Source: a bacterium (GTDB lineage: Bacteria > SZUA-182 > DTGQ01). Taken from it: a stretch of 64,000 nucleotides of DNA. Made by a program: the position numbers and the translations under genes. The stretch covers positions 2,246 through 66,245 of the forward strand of contig JAILZY010000010.1 of NCBI GenBank assembly GCA_023512255.1, given 5' to 3'. Shown here piece after piece: positions 47,860 through 56,391 of the stretch. Numbering within the stretch: position 1 is the stretch's first letter; the number at the start of each line of letters is the position of its first letter. The notes under the pieces were generated by a model. It was not told the origin of the DNA and searched no databases. It saw only the letters and a list, made by a program, of their open reading frames with translations.

Positions 47860-49523
47860 ACCCTCAAGGCCGATTCTCTCAAAAAGTTAAAATCAAAGAC
47901 AAAGATCAGCCATTTGTTGAGCAGAGGAGAAAAACTCCAGCATCAGCTAGGCTTCGTGCTCTTTTGATTGCGACCCCACTGGTTAGCGGCGCGGCGGTGA
48001 TGATGATCGAACTTCTCGGCACGAGGATCATCAGCCCCTATTTTGGGGTTAGTCTTTATGTCTGGACCTCGCTGATTACGGTAACCTTGGTGGCTCTGGC
48101 TGCTGGTTACTGGTGGGGTGGGCATATAGCTGATAGGAAGAAAAGTGCGGGATTTTTGTATGTTCTGATTTTTCTTGCTGGAATCTTTCTCTTGCTTATC
48201 CCCGAGTTGAAAAAAACCTTCCTGCTGCTCTCCTCCCATCTTGGTTTGAGATTGGGCAGCCTGGTAGGTTCATTTTTGTTGTTTTTCCTTCCCCTCTTTC
48301 TTTTGGGTGCGGTTACACCTTATTTGGTTAGGCTCTATGCTTATGATCTTGGCCATATCGGGAAGGTGGTTGGTCATCTTTACGCTATCTCTACTGCCGG
48401 CAGTTTTGTCGGCACTATTTTAACTGGCTTTTTTTTTATTCCTCATTTTCGGAATGAATCGATTCTGCTCTTTGTCTCTGCTACCCTGATGGCTCTTTCT
48501 CTGGTTTACTGGCTTTTCTTCCAAGAGAAAAAGAGGGCTTCAGACCTGCTACTACTAACCCTTGCCGTAAGTTTTGGGGTAGCTTCGCTGCTTGGCAGGC
48601 TTTATGCCAGCCCGCAGCAGCAAGCTGCTAAGGTGATCAATCAGACCAGGCTGCGGCTGGTGGCTGAGGAGAATTCTGCTTATGGTCAGATCAAGGTGAT
48701 TGAGGCTAACGACCGGATCAGGGTTTTGGTTTTGGATGGTCTTACTCAGAATGCGGTTGATCTTTTATCTGGCCTCTCGGTCCATGAATATACTTATGCT
48801 TTGCAGCTTATTGCCCGCTCTTATAATCCAAAAGGCAGGACAGCCTTGGCCATTGGGCTTGGAGCTGGGACTATACCTTCTGAGCTTCGTCGGGATGGTT
48901 TTATGGTTGACTGTGTGGAGATCAATCCGGTCATGGCTAAGGTAGCTGAAAAGTATTTTGGCTTTAATCCTGCTGGTATCAACCTGTTCATTCAGGATGC
49001 CAGATACTTTGTCAGAAATTGCCAAAAGAAATATGACTTAATTTTCCTTGATGCCTTTAATGGAGACTCTGTTCCTGAACATCTTCTGAGCTTGGAAATG
49101 TTTTCTGATCTCAAGAGGCTCCTTAGGCCGTCCGGGGTTTTGAGTATCAATTTTTTCGGCTCTCTGGCTCCTGGATATTCATTTGGCACATCTTCTCTAT
49201 CAAGGACGCTAAGACAGGTTTTTGCTCAGGTTGTCGCTTTTGGCAATCCGCCACCGAATCAGATCGGGGGGAATATATATTTTCTGGCTACTGATGAGCA
49301 AAAAGATCCTGGTCAACTCATCGAGGTTGACCAAAATCGCTGTTTCCCTCCTCTCTATGAGAGTCTTAGTCGGCTTTGGGAACATAAAATTGATCTTAGT
49401 GCTATGAGCTCTTCGGGTTTAATCTTGACCGATGCCTATAATCCTATCTCCTTTTATGATGCCAGCACTAGGGAGAAGGTTAGGGAAGGAATGCAGTTGT
49501 TGCTTGGGAAAATGCTTCTTTAG
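47856..49523 (+). CDS. Membrane-anchored spermidine-synthase-like (polyamine aminopropyltransferase family) protein
   Basis: About 250 aa N-terminal polytopic membrane domain, then a C-terminal SAM-MTase-fold spermidine-synthase signature LAIGLGAGTIPSELRRDGFMVDCVEINPVMAKVAEKYFGF...YDLIFLDAF. Confidence 0.6.
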   Translation: MNPQGRFSQKVKIKDKDQPFVEQRRKTPASARLRALLIATPLVSGAAVMMIELLGTRIISPYFGVSLYVWTSLITVTLVALAAGYWWGGHIADRKKSAGFLYVLIFLAGIFLLLIPELKKTFLLLSSHLGLRLGSLVGSFLLFFLPLFLLGAVTPYLVRLYAYDLGHIGKVVGHLYAISTAGSFVGTILTGFFFIPHFRNESILLFVSATLMALSLVYWLFFQEKKRASDLLLLTLAVSFGVASLLGRLYASPQQQAAKVINQTRLRLVAEENSAYGQIKVIEANDRIRVLVLDGLTQNAVDLLSGLSVHEYTYALQLIARSYNPKGRTALAIGLGAGTIPSELRRDGFMVDCVEINPVMAKVAEKYFGFNPAGINLFIQDARYFVRNCQKKYDLIFLDAFNGDSVPEHLLSLEMFSDLKRLLRPSGVLSINFFGSLAPGYSFGTSSLSRTLRQVFAQVVAFGNPPPNQIGGNIYFLATDEQKDPGQLIEVDQNRCFPPLYESLSRLWEHKIDLSAMSSSGLILTDAYNPISFYDASTREKVREGMQLLLGKMLL

Positions 49524-49647
49524 GCTAGCCTGAAATTTTTTATTTTTCATAACATTTTTTATTTTTCATAACATTCTATCTTTTCTAATACCTCCTTTAA
49601 TACCACATCTTTAATACCACATCATAACACCTAATAACACCTTTCTT

Positions 49648-49765
49648 GTAACTTTAATGTAAGGTTATTAAAAGTTTTAGGAAAGGGGTTTTGAGGGGAA
49701 AACCCTTTTTCAAAAGGGTTTTCCCCTCAAAAAAGGTTTTTTCCCTTAAGGGTTTTCCCCTCAAC
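49648..49765. repeat. MITE/REP-like composite palindromic element, copy 4 (rearranged: degenerate P2, then P1-like with extra half-sites)
   Basis: gtaactttaatgtaaggttattaaaagttttagg, then ggggaaaaccctttttcaaaagggttttcccc, then ggttttttcccttaagggttttcccc. Generates spurious ORFs on both strands. Confidence 0.7.
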
Positions 49766-49836
49766 TTAATGACATTACTCATGGAATTTTTTTCCGAAAC
49801 GTTTATTTGTAGATTTTTAATGAGGAGGGGTGGTTT

Positions 49837-50952
49837 GTGGAACCCGGGGAGGCTTCTGGCAGCAGCAGATGGGTATTTTTTACTCCGCAGCGGATTGCTA
49901 TTGAGCAAAGATTGCGACTTGAATCTTCGCGGGGAAGGCTTCTCATTGCGAGTTGCCGCTCAGGTTCTGCGCTGGCCTCACAAGTGGTCAGGCGCTACAG
50001 GGAGCTTCTTTCTGTCGAGGGGGGCAGCGAGGGTGAGGTTTTATATCTCGAAGGGGTTGATTTTAAGTTTTCTGATACAGAAACCTGTGTTCGGCTTGAG
50101 GCTGATGTTAGCGGCTATGATGTTTTTCTCTTTCAGGCCTTATATGATCCGAGCACAGGCTCGACGGTTGATGAGAACTATCTGGCCCTACTTATTGCCG
50201 CCAGGGCCTTTCGGGAATGGGGTGCAAACTCACTTACCGCTATGCTTCCCTATTTGGCTTATGCCCGGCAGGACAAGCCGACCAAATTCAAGCGGGAGCC
50301 AGCCACGGCTAAGCTGATGGCAGATTTGGCTGCTGTGGCGGGTATTGATCGGCTAGTTACCTGGCATCCGCACTCTGATCAGATACGGGGATTTTATGGC
50401 TCAAGGCCTGTTGACGGAGTGGAATCACTCTCTTTATTCATTGAAGAATTTCGTGGCTTTCAGGGCAGGGAAGAGGTCATTGCTGTGGCGCCGGATGCCG
50501 GAGCATCGAAGTTTGTTACCTATTTTAGTCGGGCTCTTAATATCAGGAGCGCCATTGCCTCAAAGTATCGGCCAAGGCCGGAAGAGGCTGAGGTTTCAGA
50601 GGTTATCGGGGATTTTTCCGGCAAGCGGACAGCTATTGTGCTCGATGACATGATTGGCACTGCTGGCACAGTGTATGCTCTTATTAGGGAATTGGTTGAA
50701 AAAAAGGGGATCGAAGAGGTCTATTTAGCTGTTTCCCATAACTTGTGTCTTCAACCTGCCTATGAGCGGCTTGTGGACTTAGAGGCCCGCTATCATCTCA
50801 AAAGATTAATTCTTACCGACAGTATTCCACAGACTGAAAAATTTAAAACCCTGCCCTTTGTTACCATCAGATGTCTGGCCGATATTATGGCTCGGGTGAT
50901 CAATCGGATTCACTACAATCGGGAGGTCAGCGAGTTATGTTACCAGATTTAA
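49837..50952 (+). CDS. prs: Ribose-phosphate pyrophosphokinase (PRPP synthetase) family
   Basis: GTG start with a GAGGAGGGG RBS. Prs motifs VFLFQAL..., DRLVTWHPHSDQIRGFY, ...VLDDMIGTAGT. Confidence 0.6.
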   Translation: MEPGEASGSSRWVFFTPQRIAIEQRLRLESSRGRLLIASCRSGSALASQVVRRYRELLSVEGGSEGEVLYLEGVDFKFSDTETCVRLEADVSGYDVFLFQALYDPSTGSTVDENYLALLIAARAFREWGANSLTAMLPYLAYARQDKPTKFKREPATAKLMADLAAVAGIDRLVTWHPHSDQIRGFYGSRPVDGVESLSLFIEEFRGFQGREEVIAVAPDAGASKFVTYFSRALNIRSAIASKYRPRPEEAEVSEVIGDFSGKRTAIVLDDMIGTAGTVYALIRELVEKKGIEEVYLAVSHNLCLQPAYERLVDLEARYHLKRLILTDSIPQTEKFKTLPFVTIRCLADIMARVINRIHYNREVSELCYQI

Positions 50953-50978
50953 AAGATGTTAGATGAGGAGGTTCACTC

Positions 50979-52031
50979 ATGATAGAACGCATTGAGGAAC
51001 TTTTGGGTAGTGAAGCAGTATTGCTTTTGAGCTATAGGTGCCGGGGGATTTCCAAAGACCGGCTTCATTTGCCTGGCCCTGATTTTATCGAGCGGGTGTG
51101 TGTGCCTTCTGATCGGCCGATAGGCGTGTTGAGAAACCTTAGATGGATGTTCAATACCGGGCGGTTAGCTGGAACAGGGTATCTGTCCATTCTGCCTGTG
51201 GATCAGGGGGTAGAGCATTCGGCCGGCTCTGCCTTTGCTCCTAATCCAGATTATTTCGATCCGGGTAACATTGTCAAGCTGGCCATTGAGGGAGGATGCA
51301 GCGCTGTGGCCTCAACCTGCGGGGTGCTGGGGGCAGTGGCTCGATCCTATGCTCACAAAATTCCCTTTATTCTTAAGCTTAACCATAATGAACTTCTGTC
51401 ATATCCTAACACTTACGATCAGGTGCAGTTTGCCAGCGTGAAGAAAGCCTTTGACTTGGGGGCAGTAGGTGTCGGAGCCACCATTTATTTTGGCTCGCCA
51501 GAGTCTAGGCGGCAGATAGTTGAGATTGCAAGGCTATTTGAGCAGGCCCATGATCTTGGGATGTTCACTGTGCTGTGGTGTTATCTCCGCAATCCAACCT
51601 TTAAGCAGGACAAAGACTATCATAATGCCGCAGACCTGACTGGGCAGGCAAATCATCTGGGAGTGACTCTTCAGGCAGATATAGTTAAGCAAAAGCAGCC
51701 GGAAAACAATGGTGGATATCTGGCTCTGAAATTCGGAAAGACAGATGATAGGCTCTACTCGGAGCTTGTGCCGGACCATCCCATCGAGTGGACCCGCTAC
51801 CAGGTGGCTGCTTGCTACATGGGACGGGCAGGGTTAATTAACTCGGGTGGCGCATCAGTTGGCCAGGGGGACCTTGCTCAGGCCGTGCGCACGGCGGTCA
51901 TCAACAAACGGGCAGGAGGCATGGGGCTGATTACGGGAAGGAAGGCTTTTCAAAAGCCTCTGAAGGAGGGGATAGCTCTCCTGAATGCGATTCAGGATGT
52001 CTACCTGTCAAAGGAGGTTACGATTGCCTGA
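50979..52031 (+). CDS. fbaB: Class I fructose-bisphosphate aldolase (DhnA/FbaB type)
   Basis: Near-colinear with E. coli FbaB over the whole 350 aa ([101 protein letters not shown]). Confidence 0.9.
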   Translation: MIERIEELLGSEAVLLLSYRCRGISKDRLHLPGPDFIERVCVPSDRPIGVLRNLRWMFNTGRLAGTGYLSILPVDQGVEHSAGSAFAPNPDYFDPGNIVKLAIEGGCSAVASTCGVLGAVARSYAHKIPFILKLNHNELLSYPNTYDQVQFASVKKAFDLGAVGVGATIYFGSPESRRQIVEIARLFEQAHDLGMFTVLWCYLRNPTFKQDKDYHNAADLTGQANHLGVTLQADIVKQKQPENNGGYLALKFGKTDDRLYSELVPDHPIEWTRYQVAACYMGRAGLINSGGASVGQGDLAQAVRTAVINKRAGGMGLITGRKAFQKPLKEGIALLNAIQDVYLSKEVTIA

Positions 52032-52112
52032 AAACGAGTGAGTCCAGATCGGGGTAGCATTAGCTTTGGGCAGCATTGATGAGTTTAGGTCTTTAAGTCG
52101 AGAGGGCCCGCG

Positions 52113-52607
52113 TTAGGGGATAATCTTTTCTTCTTTCAATGTCTCTTGAATAGCTTTTCGAATAGCTTTCTGGGTCATCAGAGCGCTGTTTTGGTTTGGG
52201 TAGGGCTGGCGGCGCCAGATAAATCCTCTGGTAAACAGGCCGTCCTTATTCCACCGAGGGACGATATGAATATGAAGGTGCATAACCCTTTGGCTGATCC
52301 GGTTATTGATGGCTATGAAAGAGCCGTCGGCTTTAAGGCCAAGTTCCAGGGAGCGGGCTATGAGCTGGGCATTGCGAAAGAGGGGCTGAATGAGATCGGG
52401 CGGCAGGTCGAGAAAGTTTTCATAGTGCTGTCGTGGGACCAGTAGAACATGACCTCTGAGTAGGGGCTGGTGGTCAAGGAAAGCCAGCGAATCTTCATCT
52501 TCAAAGATGGTCAAGCTTTCGCTTTGGCCTTGAATGATCCTGCAAAAAGTACATTCAGGGTTCAGTATTTGGCTCTGAGAGGTAATTTTCTGATTTTGCT
52601 CACTCAT
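52113..52607 (-). CDS. HIT-family (histidine triad) nucleotide hydrolase
   Basis: Histidine-triad motif HLHIHIVPR, with GHVLLVPRQH upstream. Confidence 0.7.
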   Translation of the reverse strand: MSEQNQKITSQSQILNPECTFCRIIQGQSESLTIFEDEDSLAFLDHQPLLRGHVLLVPRQHYENFLDLPPDLIQPLFRNAQLIARSLELGLKADGSFIAINNRISQRVMHLHIHIVPRWNKDGLFTRGFIWRRQPYPNQNSALMTQKAIRKAIQETLKEEKIIP

Positions 52608-52639
52608 TTATATCCTCATACTTTCTTTTAATGATAACT

Positions 52640-52728
52640 TAATGACAATCCTTAGGGTCTTGCTTTAGGGGCTTGTCTTATCCTTGTTGTTAGCTTCTAT
52701 CCTCACTTTTCGCTCTTTTAAGCCCTAA
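52640..52728. repeat. Direct repeat A (about 87 bp), about 90% identical to a second copy at 54197-54285
   Basis: aatgacaatccttagggtcttgctttaggggcttgtcttatccttgttgttagcttctatcctcacttttcgctcttttaagccct versus aatgacagtctttagggccttgctttatgggcttgtcttatccttgctggcagcttctatcctcgctttttgctcttttaagtcct. Confidence 0.8.
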
Positions 52729-53138
52729 TTTACTATCCTCATTACTTTTTTCCCCTCCTCCTCCCCCATCTCTCATCTCTACTACCTTGGGAATAAGGGG
52801 GCGGCTGTCCTAATAACTCAATCTGAGTATCAACATCTGTGGTCCCCTGCTTATCTATCTAGCCAGGGGGAATACTTGACGTCGATAGACTATACTGATA
52901 ATAAAGAGCTTGAAATTATTGATAGTATTCCCCCTTATCCTCTTCCATGTTTATCTCCATTTCTGGTATCAACTTCATCTTCGGAAGATACACAAGCATA
53001 GGAAATGGCCCGCTTAGGTGTGTTTGGTGTGTGAGGGGGTATCTTGCCCTTATCCTGCTGTTTGGGCTATGATAGGAATACGCCTGGCCAATGAGCTCTT
53101 CATTGATCCGGCCGGGGTAGGCAGAGTGCTAGTGGCAC

Positions 53139-53684
53139 TCACCGGTCCGACTTAATTTTTTGTTTGCTCAATTCTACGAGCATTTGCATGATGGTATCAA
53201 GTCTTTGGTTTACTTGTCCAATCTGAGTATCGATCTTCTGATTTAGTTGTCCAATCTGGGTATCGATTTTCTGGTTTAATTGTCCAATCTGAGTATCGAT
53301 CTTCTGGTTTAGTTGTCCAATCTGAGTATCGATTTTCTGTTCAAGAGCATCTACTTTTTGATCTACCCTATCAATCTTTTGGTTTACTTGCCCTATGTAA
53401 GTATCAATCTTTTGGTTTACTTGTTCTATCTGAGTTTCAACTTTCTGCTCAAGAGCATCTACTTTTTGATCTATTCTCTGGTTTATCTGATCTACTCTCT
53501 GATTTATCTGGCTGATTTCTTGCCTGACTTGTCCAATTTGAGTATTGAGATATCGAAAGTCGGCCTCTTGCTTGTTTTTGAGCTCTGCTATATCCCTTTT
53601 AATTTCTGCCGTCCGCTCCTCTATGGCCTCATAGATTATTTCCAGCGATATCTTCTTGATTATCCTGTTAGCAAGCTCTTTCAT
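53139..53684 (-). CDS. Coiled-coil protein built of tandem 11-residue (hendecad) repeats QKIDTQIGQLN
   Basis: Start taken at MKELANRI (ATG 53684). At least 12 near-identical 11-mers. No TM segment or signal peptide. Confidence 0.5.
   Translation of the reverse strand: MKELANRIIKKISLEIIYEAIEERTAEIKRDIAELKNKQEADFRYLNTQIGQVRQEISQINQRVDQINQRIDQKVDALEQKVETQIEQVNQKIDTYIGQVNQKIDRVDQKVDALEQKIDTQIGQLNQKIDTQIGQLNQKIDTQIGQLNQKIDTQIGQVNQRLDTIMQMLVELSKQKIKSDR
53214..53345. repeat. Four perfect or near-perfect 33-bp tandem repeats (ttgtccaatctgagtatcgatcttctggtttag), with degenerate copies to about 53530, encoding the hendecad repeats
   Basis: Units at 53214-53246, 53247-53279, 53280-53312 and 53313-53345. 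Confidence 0.85.
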
Positions 53685-53685
53685 T

Positions 53686-53934
53686 TCACAACTGCCTTGC
53701 TGAAAAAAGAAATAACGGTCTGAATCCAGGAGTTTGAAGCTGGGCAAAGCCGAAGAATATAGCGATAGCCGCAGCAATTAAGCCTAAAAAGAAGGTAATT
53801 GCACTTCCAAGTATCCGATAATGTCTACCTGCTTTGTTACTCCTAATCTTCCCCTCGGGGATTAATTTCATAAGAGTCTGCCTGGTAATTCTTAGATATT
53901 CTGCAGCCTCTTTTGTGGTTAAAACTTCGTGCAT
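53686..53934 (-). CDS. Excisionase/MerR-type helix-turn-helix DNA-binding protein with a C-terminal transmembrane helix
   Basis: LTTKEAAEYLRITRQTLMKLIPEGKIRSNKAGRHYRI is an excisionase-family HTH. Then ITFFLGLIAAAIAIFFGF. Its stop is 1 nt from the start of the coiled-coil gene. A frameshifted fusion of the two genes is an alternative reading. Confidence 0.5.
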   Translation of the reverse strand: MHEVLTTKEAAEYLRITRQTLMKLIPEGKIRSNKAGRHYRILGSAITFFLGLIAAAIAIFFGFAQLQTPGFRPLFLFSARQL

Positions 53935-54196
53935 TTTTATTTACCTAGTCAACTATATTGTTTTGCTTCAGTTACTAAAAATATACTTTGATTAACAGTC
54001 ATGGTCAAGCAAATAATTCAGTTATTGTTATAGTCAATCAATATAGTCAAGCCAAAAATTCACCAGAAATAGAGTATGAGCCCGAGGTTGAGAGGCAAAG
54101 TCTGAGCAAGTTGCCAGAAGGGGGCCAGCGGTAGCCCCGATATTGATAGCGTAATTGATCCACTGCACTTGTGCTACACATTTAGCGAAAAGACCA

Positions 54197-54285
54197 ATGA
54201 CAGTCTTTAGGGCCTTGCTTTATGGGCTTGTCTTATCCTTGCTGGCAGCTTCTATCCTCGCTTTTTGCTCTTTTAAGTCCTCTTC
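54197..54285. repeat. Direct repeat B (partner of 52640-52728)
   Basis: See repeat A. Overlaps the last roughly 22 codons of the metallophosphoesterase gene. Confidence 0.8.
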
Positions 54286-54990
54286 TCCCACAGTCAGGAG
54301 GCACCAGTCGCGGTGGCCAAAACGGCTTTGAACAAAGCGGGAAACGTTATGAACCGGAATACCGCCTGGAGTTAAAGCATAGGGTGAGCCATGATGGGCG
54401 TGAGCATGGACAACCACATCTACCTTGTGGCGGTCAAAGACATCGGCAAAGAGTGATGAGCCGAGAAAAGGGTAGAGCTCGATCTCCTCGCCCAGCAGAG
54501 TCTCTTTGATCGGGGCATAATGCATAGCCGCTACCCTGAATGGGCAATTCAGCTCTGCCAGCGCCTTGTCAATTCGCGAGGCTTCATTGATGCTGGTCTT
54601 GATAAAGTTTTTCAGGGCCTGCTCGCCGAATGGCTGGACATGCAGTTTCCCAAATCCACCGCAAAAGCCCTTAGTGCCGACAATTCCCACCTTATCTATC
54701 AGGCAACTGGTACCGTCTAGTACCAAGATGCCGCTTTCGGTCATCATCTTGATTAGGAGCTCTATCTGGTTACTCTCATGATCATGGTTTCCGATAACCG
54801 CGACTTTTGGCAGAGAAAAGAAGCTCAGCTCATCTAGCAGGACCTCCATTTCTTCGACTAACCCCAGGTTGGTGATATCCCCCGCTAGAAGCAGAATATC
54901 GGCTTCACGGTCTACTCCTTTCAGAAGCTGTCTAATCATTCCGGCAGAGTCGCTTTTGCAGTGGAGATCGCCGATAGCGGCGATTCTCAT
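54220..54990 (-). CDS. Calcineurin-like metallophosphoesterase
   Basis: MRIAAIGDLHCKSD, LLAGDITNLG, AVIGNHDHE, HAHAHHG are the MPE motifs I-V. Confidence 0.65.
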   Translation of the reverse strand: MRIAAIGDLHCKSDSAGMIRQLLKGVDREADILLLAGDITNLGLVEEMEVLLDELSFFSLPKVAVIGNHDHESNQIELLIKMMTESGILVLDGTSCLIDKVGIVGTKGFCGGFGKLHVQPFGEQALKNFIKTSINEASRIDKALAELNCPFRVAAMHYAPIKETLLGEEIELYPFLGSSLFADVFDRHKVDVVVHAHAHHGSPYALTPGGIPVHNVSRFVQSRFGHRDWCLLTVGEEDLKEQKARIEAASKDKTSP

Positions 54991-55781
54991 ATCCGCTCCC
55001 CCTTATCGTTGACTAGGGGAAGCAGGTTGTAGCCATTTTCATATCCCCACAGCCGGCAGTCTACAGCAAAGGCGAACGGATCGAGCAGCATACCACGGAA
55101 AGCCTTTGTTTTCACAGGTCTCGACCACCCCTCCCGCATCTGTTCGAAAAGGGTAACTATAAGCTCCTTGGGTAGATAATCTGAGTGAGAAGGATAGACA
55201 AAATCAAAGAGAATGAAATAGATCAAAATGATTTCCTGGTTGTCCTTAAGATGCATGAGCACCCGCGGCCAATCGATTTTCCCCTGAACTCCCCGAATAA
55301 GGTGGACGATGTCTGCACCGTCAAAGCGGTCTCTTTTGAGCATGTAAACCTTTGAGGCGATCAATTCCTCAACTGCGGCCAGGTAAGTCTTGACCCCGAG
55401 GAGCTCAACCGGCTGGCAGCGCTCAAACCAGGTCTGGTCAATCGGGAACTGGCTGCTTGATGTTCCAAAGATCAGGTCCATGAGATATGGCTTCTGGTGT
55501 ACCTTGGCTAGCCAATGAACATCCCTGACCTCGGTTTCAAATCCCATCCTGCTCAGGGCATCAAGGGCCTTTTTGAGATCGCTCGGCTGGAGAAAGATAT
55601 CAACATCTTTTGTGTCCCGCCAGATGCCGGTATAAGCGTATACGGCAAAGGCTCCGCCTACCACGTATTTGACGCCTGCTTCATTCAGGATGGTCAGCCA
55701 GCGGGAGAAAACCTCAGCCTCCTTGGGCTCGATCTTGATATTGTCCATTGTTATTTGGTTTATCGGCGATTCTCTATCCAT
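54987..55781 (-). CDS. Pol-beta-superfamily nucleotidyltransferase-like protein
   Basis: KYVVGGAFAVYAYTGIWRDTKDVDIF fits the G[GS]...D.D minimal NTase signature. The 3' end overlaps the MPE start by 4 nt. Confidence 0.45.
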   Translation of the reverse strand: MDRESPINQITMDNIKIEPKEAEVFSRWLTILNEAGVKYVVGGAFAVYAYTGIWRDTKDVDIFLQPSDLKKALDALSRMGFETEVRDVHWLAKVHQKPYLMDLIFGTSSSQFPIDQTWFERCQPVELLGVKTYLAAVEELIASKVYMLKRDRFDGADIVHLIRGVQGKIDWPRVLMHLKDNQEIILIYFILFDFVYPSHSDYLPKELIVTLFEQMREGWSRPVKTKAFRGMLLDPFAFAVDCRLWGYENGYNLLPLVNDKGERI

Positions 55782-55869
55782 GTTTGATTTGTAAGGGTTG
55801 TCCTTCAGAAGCCTCTTCTAGCATCCAGATGTTTCCCACATAATCTATAACTTTTTGCTAAAAAACAGC

Positions 55870-56391
55870 TTATGGTTTTTGAATAACCACACAATCCTCA
55901 CCCTCGATAGGAGTACCATCAAATAGACTCCCAGTAATGGTTAGCACAGCTACATCATCGTTGTCAACCTGGCCAATGGTAGAGACTACGTCCGATATAT
56001 TGAACTCAAGTACTAAATCGATCATCCCGTCTTTCCCCTCAATGGTGCAGTCACAGATATCCTGGCGGTCAAAAACCGTCGTGCTCACATCCTCTCGCCG
56101 GTATTGGACCGCACGGACTCCTTCAAGCTCGATAGTTTGGGGATTGATCCTGGCTATATTCAGGTCCAGGGTACCAAGGATGGCTACGGGTAAAGTGCCC
56201 TGGCTTTCCACATTGAGTGGATTAGGACATAATCCTGGTTCGATATCAATTTCGACCTCTTTGATCTCTTGAGTAGCCATGATTTTCTGAGCCAAGCATC
56301 TTTGAGGGATAAACGTGGTCAAAAAGAAGGTAATCAGCAAAAAAACTAACCATAAGCTAAACATGGCTAGTATTTTGACCCCAGAGTTCAT
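55870..56391 (-). CDS. Secreted hypothetical protein (173 aa)
   Basis: N-terminal signal/TM segment ILAMFSLWLVFLLITFFLTTF. No domain recognised. Confidence 0.45.
   Translation of the reverse strand: MNSGVKILAMFSLWLVFLLITFFLTTFIPQRCLAQKIMATQEIKEVEIDIEPGLCPNPLNVESQGTLPVAILGTLDLNIARINPQTIELEGVRAVQYRREDVSTTVFDRQDICDCTIEGKDGMIDLVLEFNISDVVSTIGQVDNDDVAVLTITGSLFDGTPIEGEDCVVIQKP

Noticed and set aside
49654-50317. ORF 49654-49908 (minus) and the 5' part of ORF 49691-50317 (plus)
   Set aside because: Both are translations of the palindromic MITE copy ([11 protein letters not shown]... on either strand). The real prs-like gene starts at the GTG at 49837.
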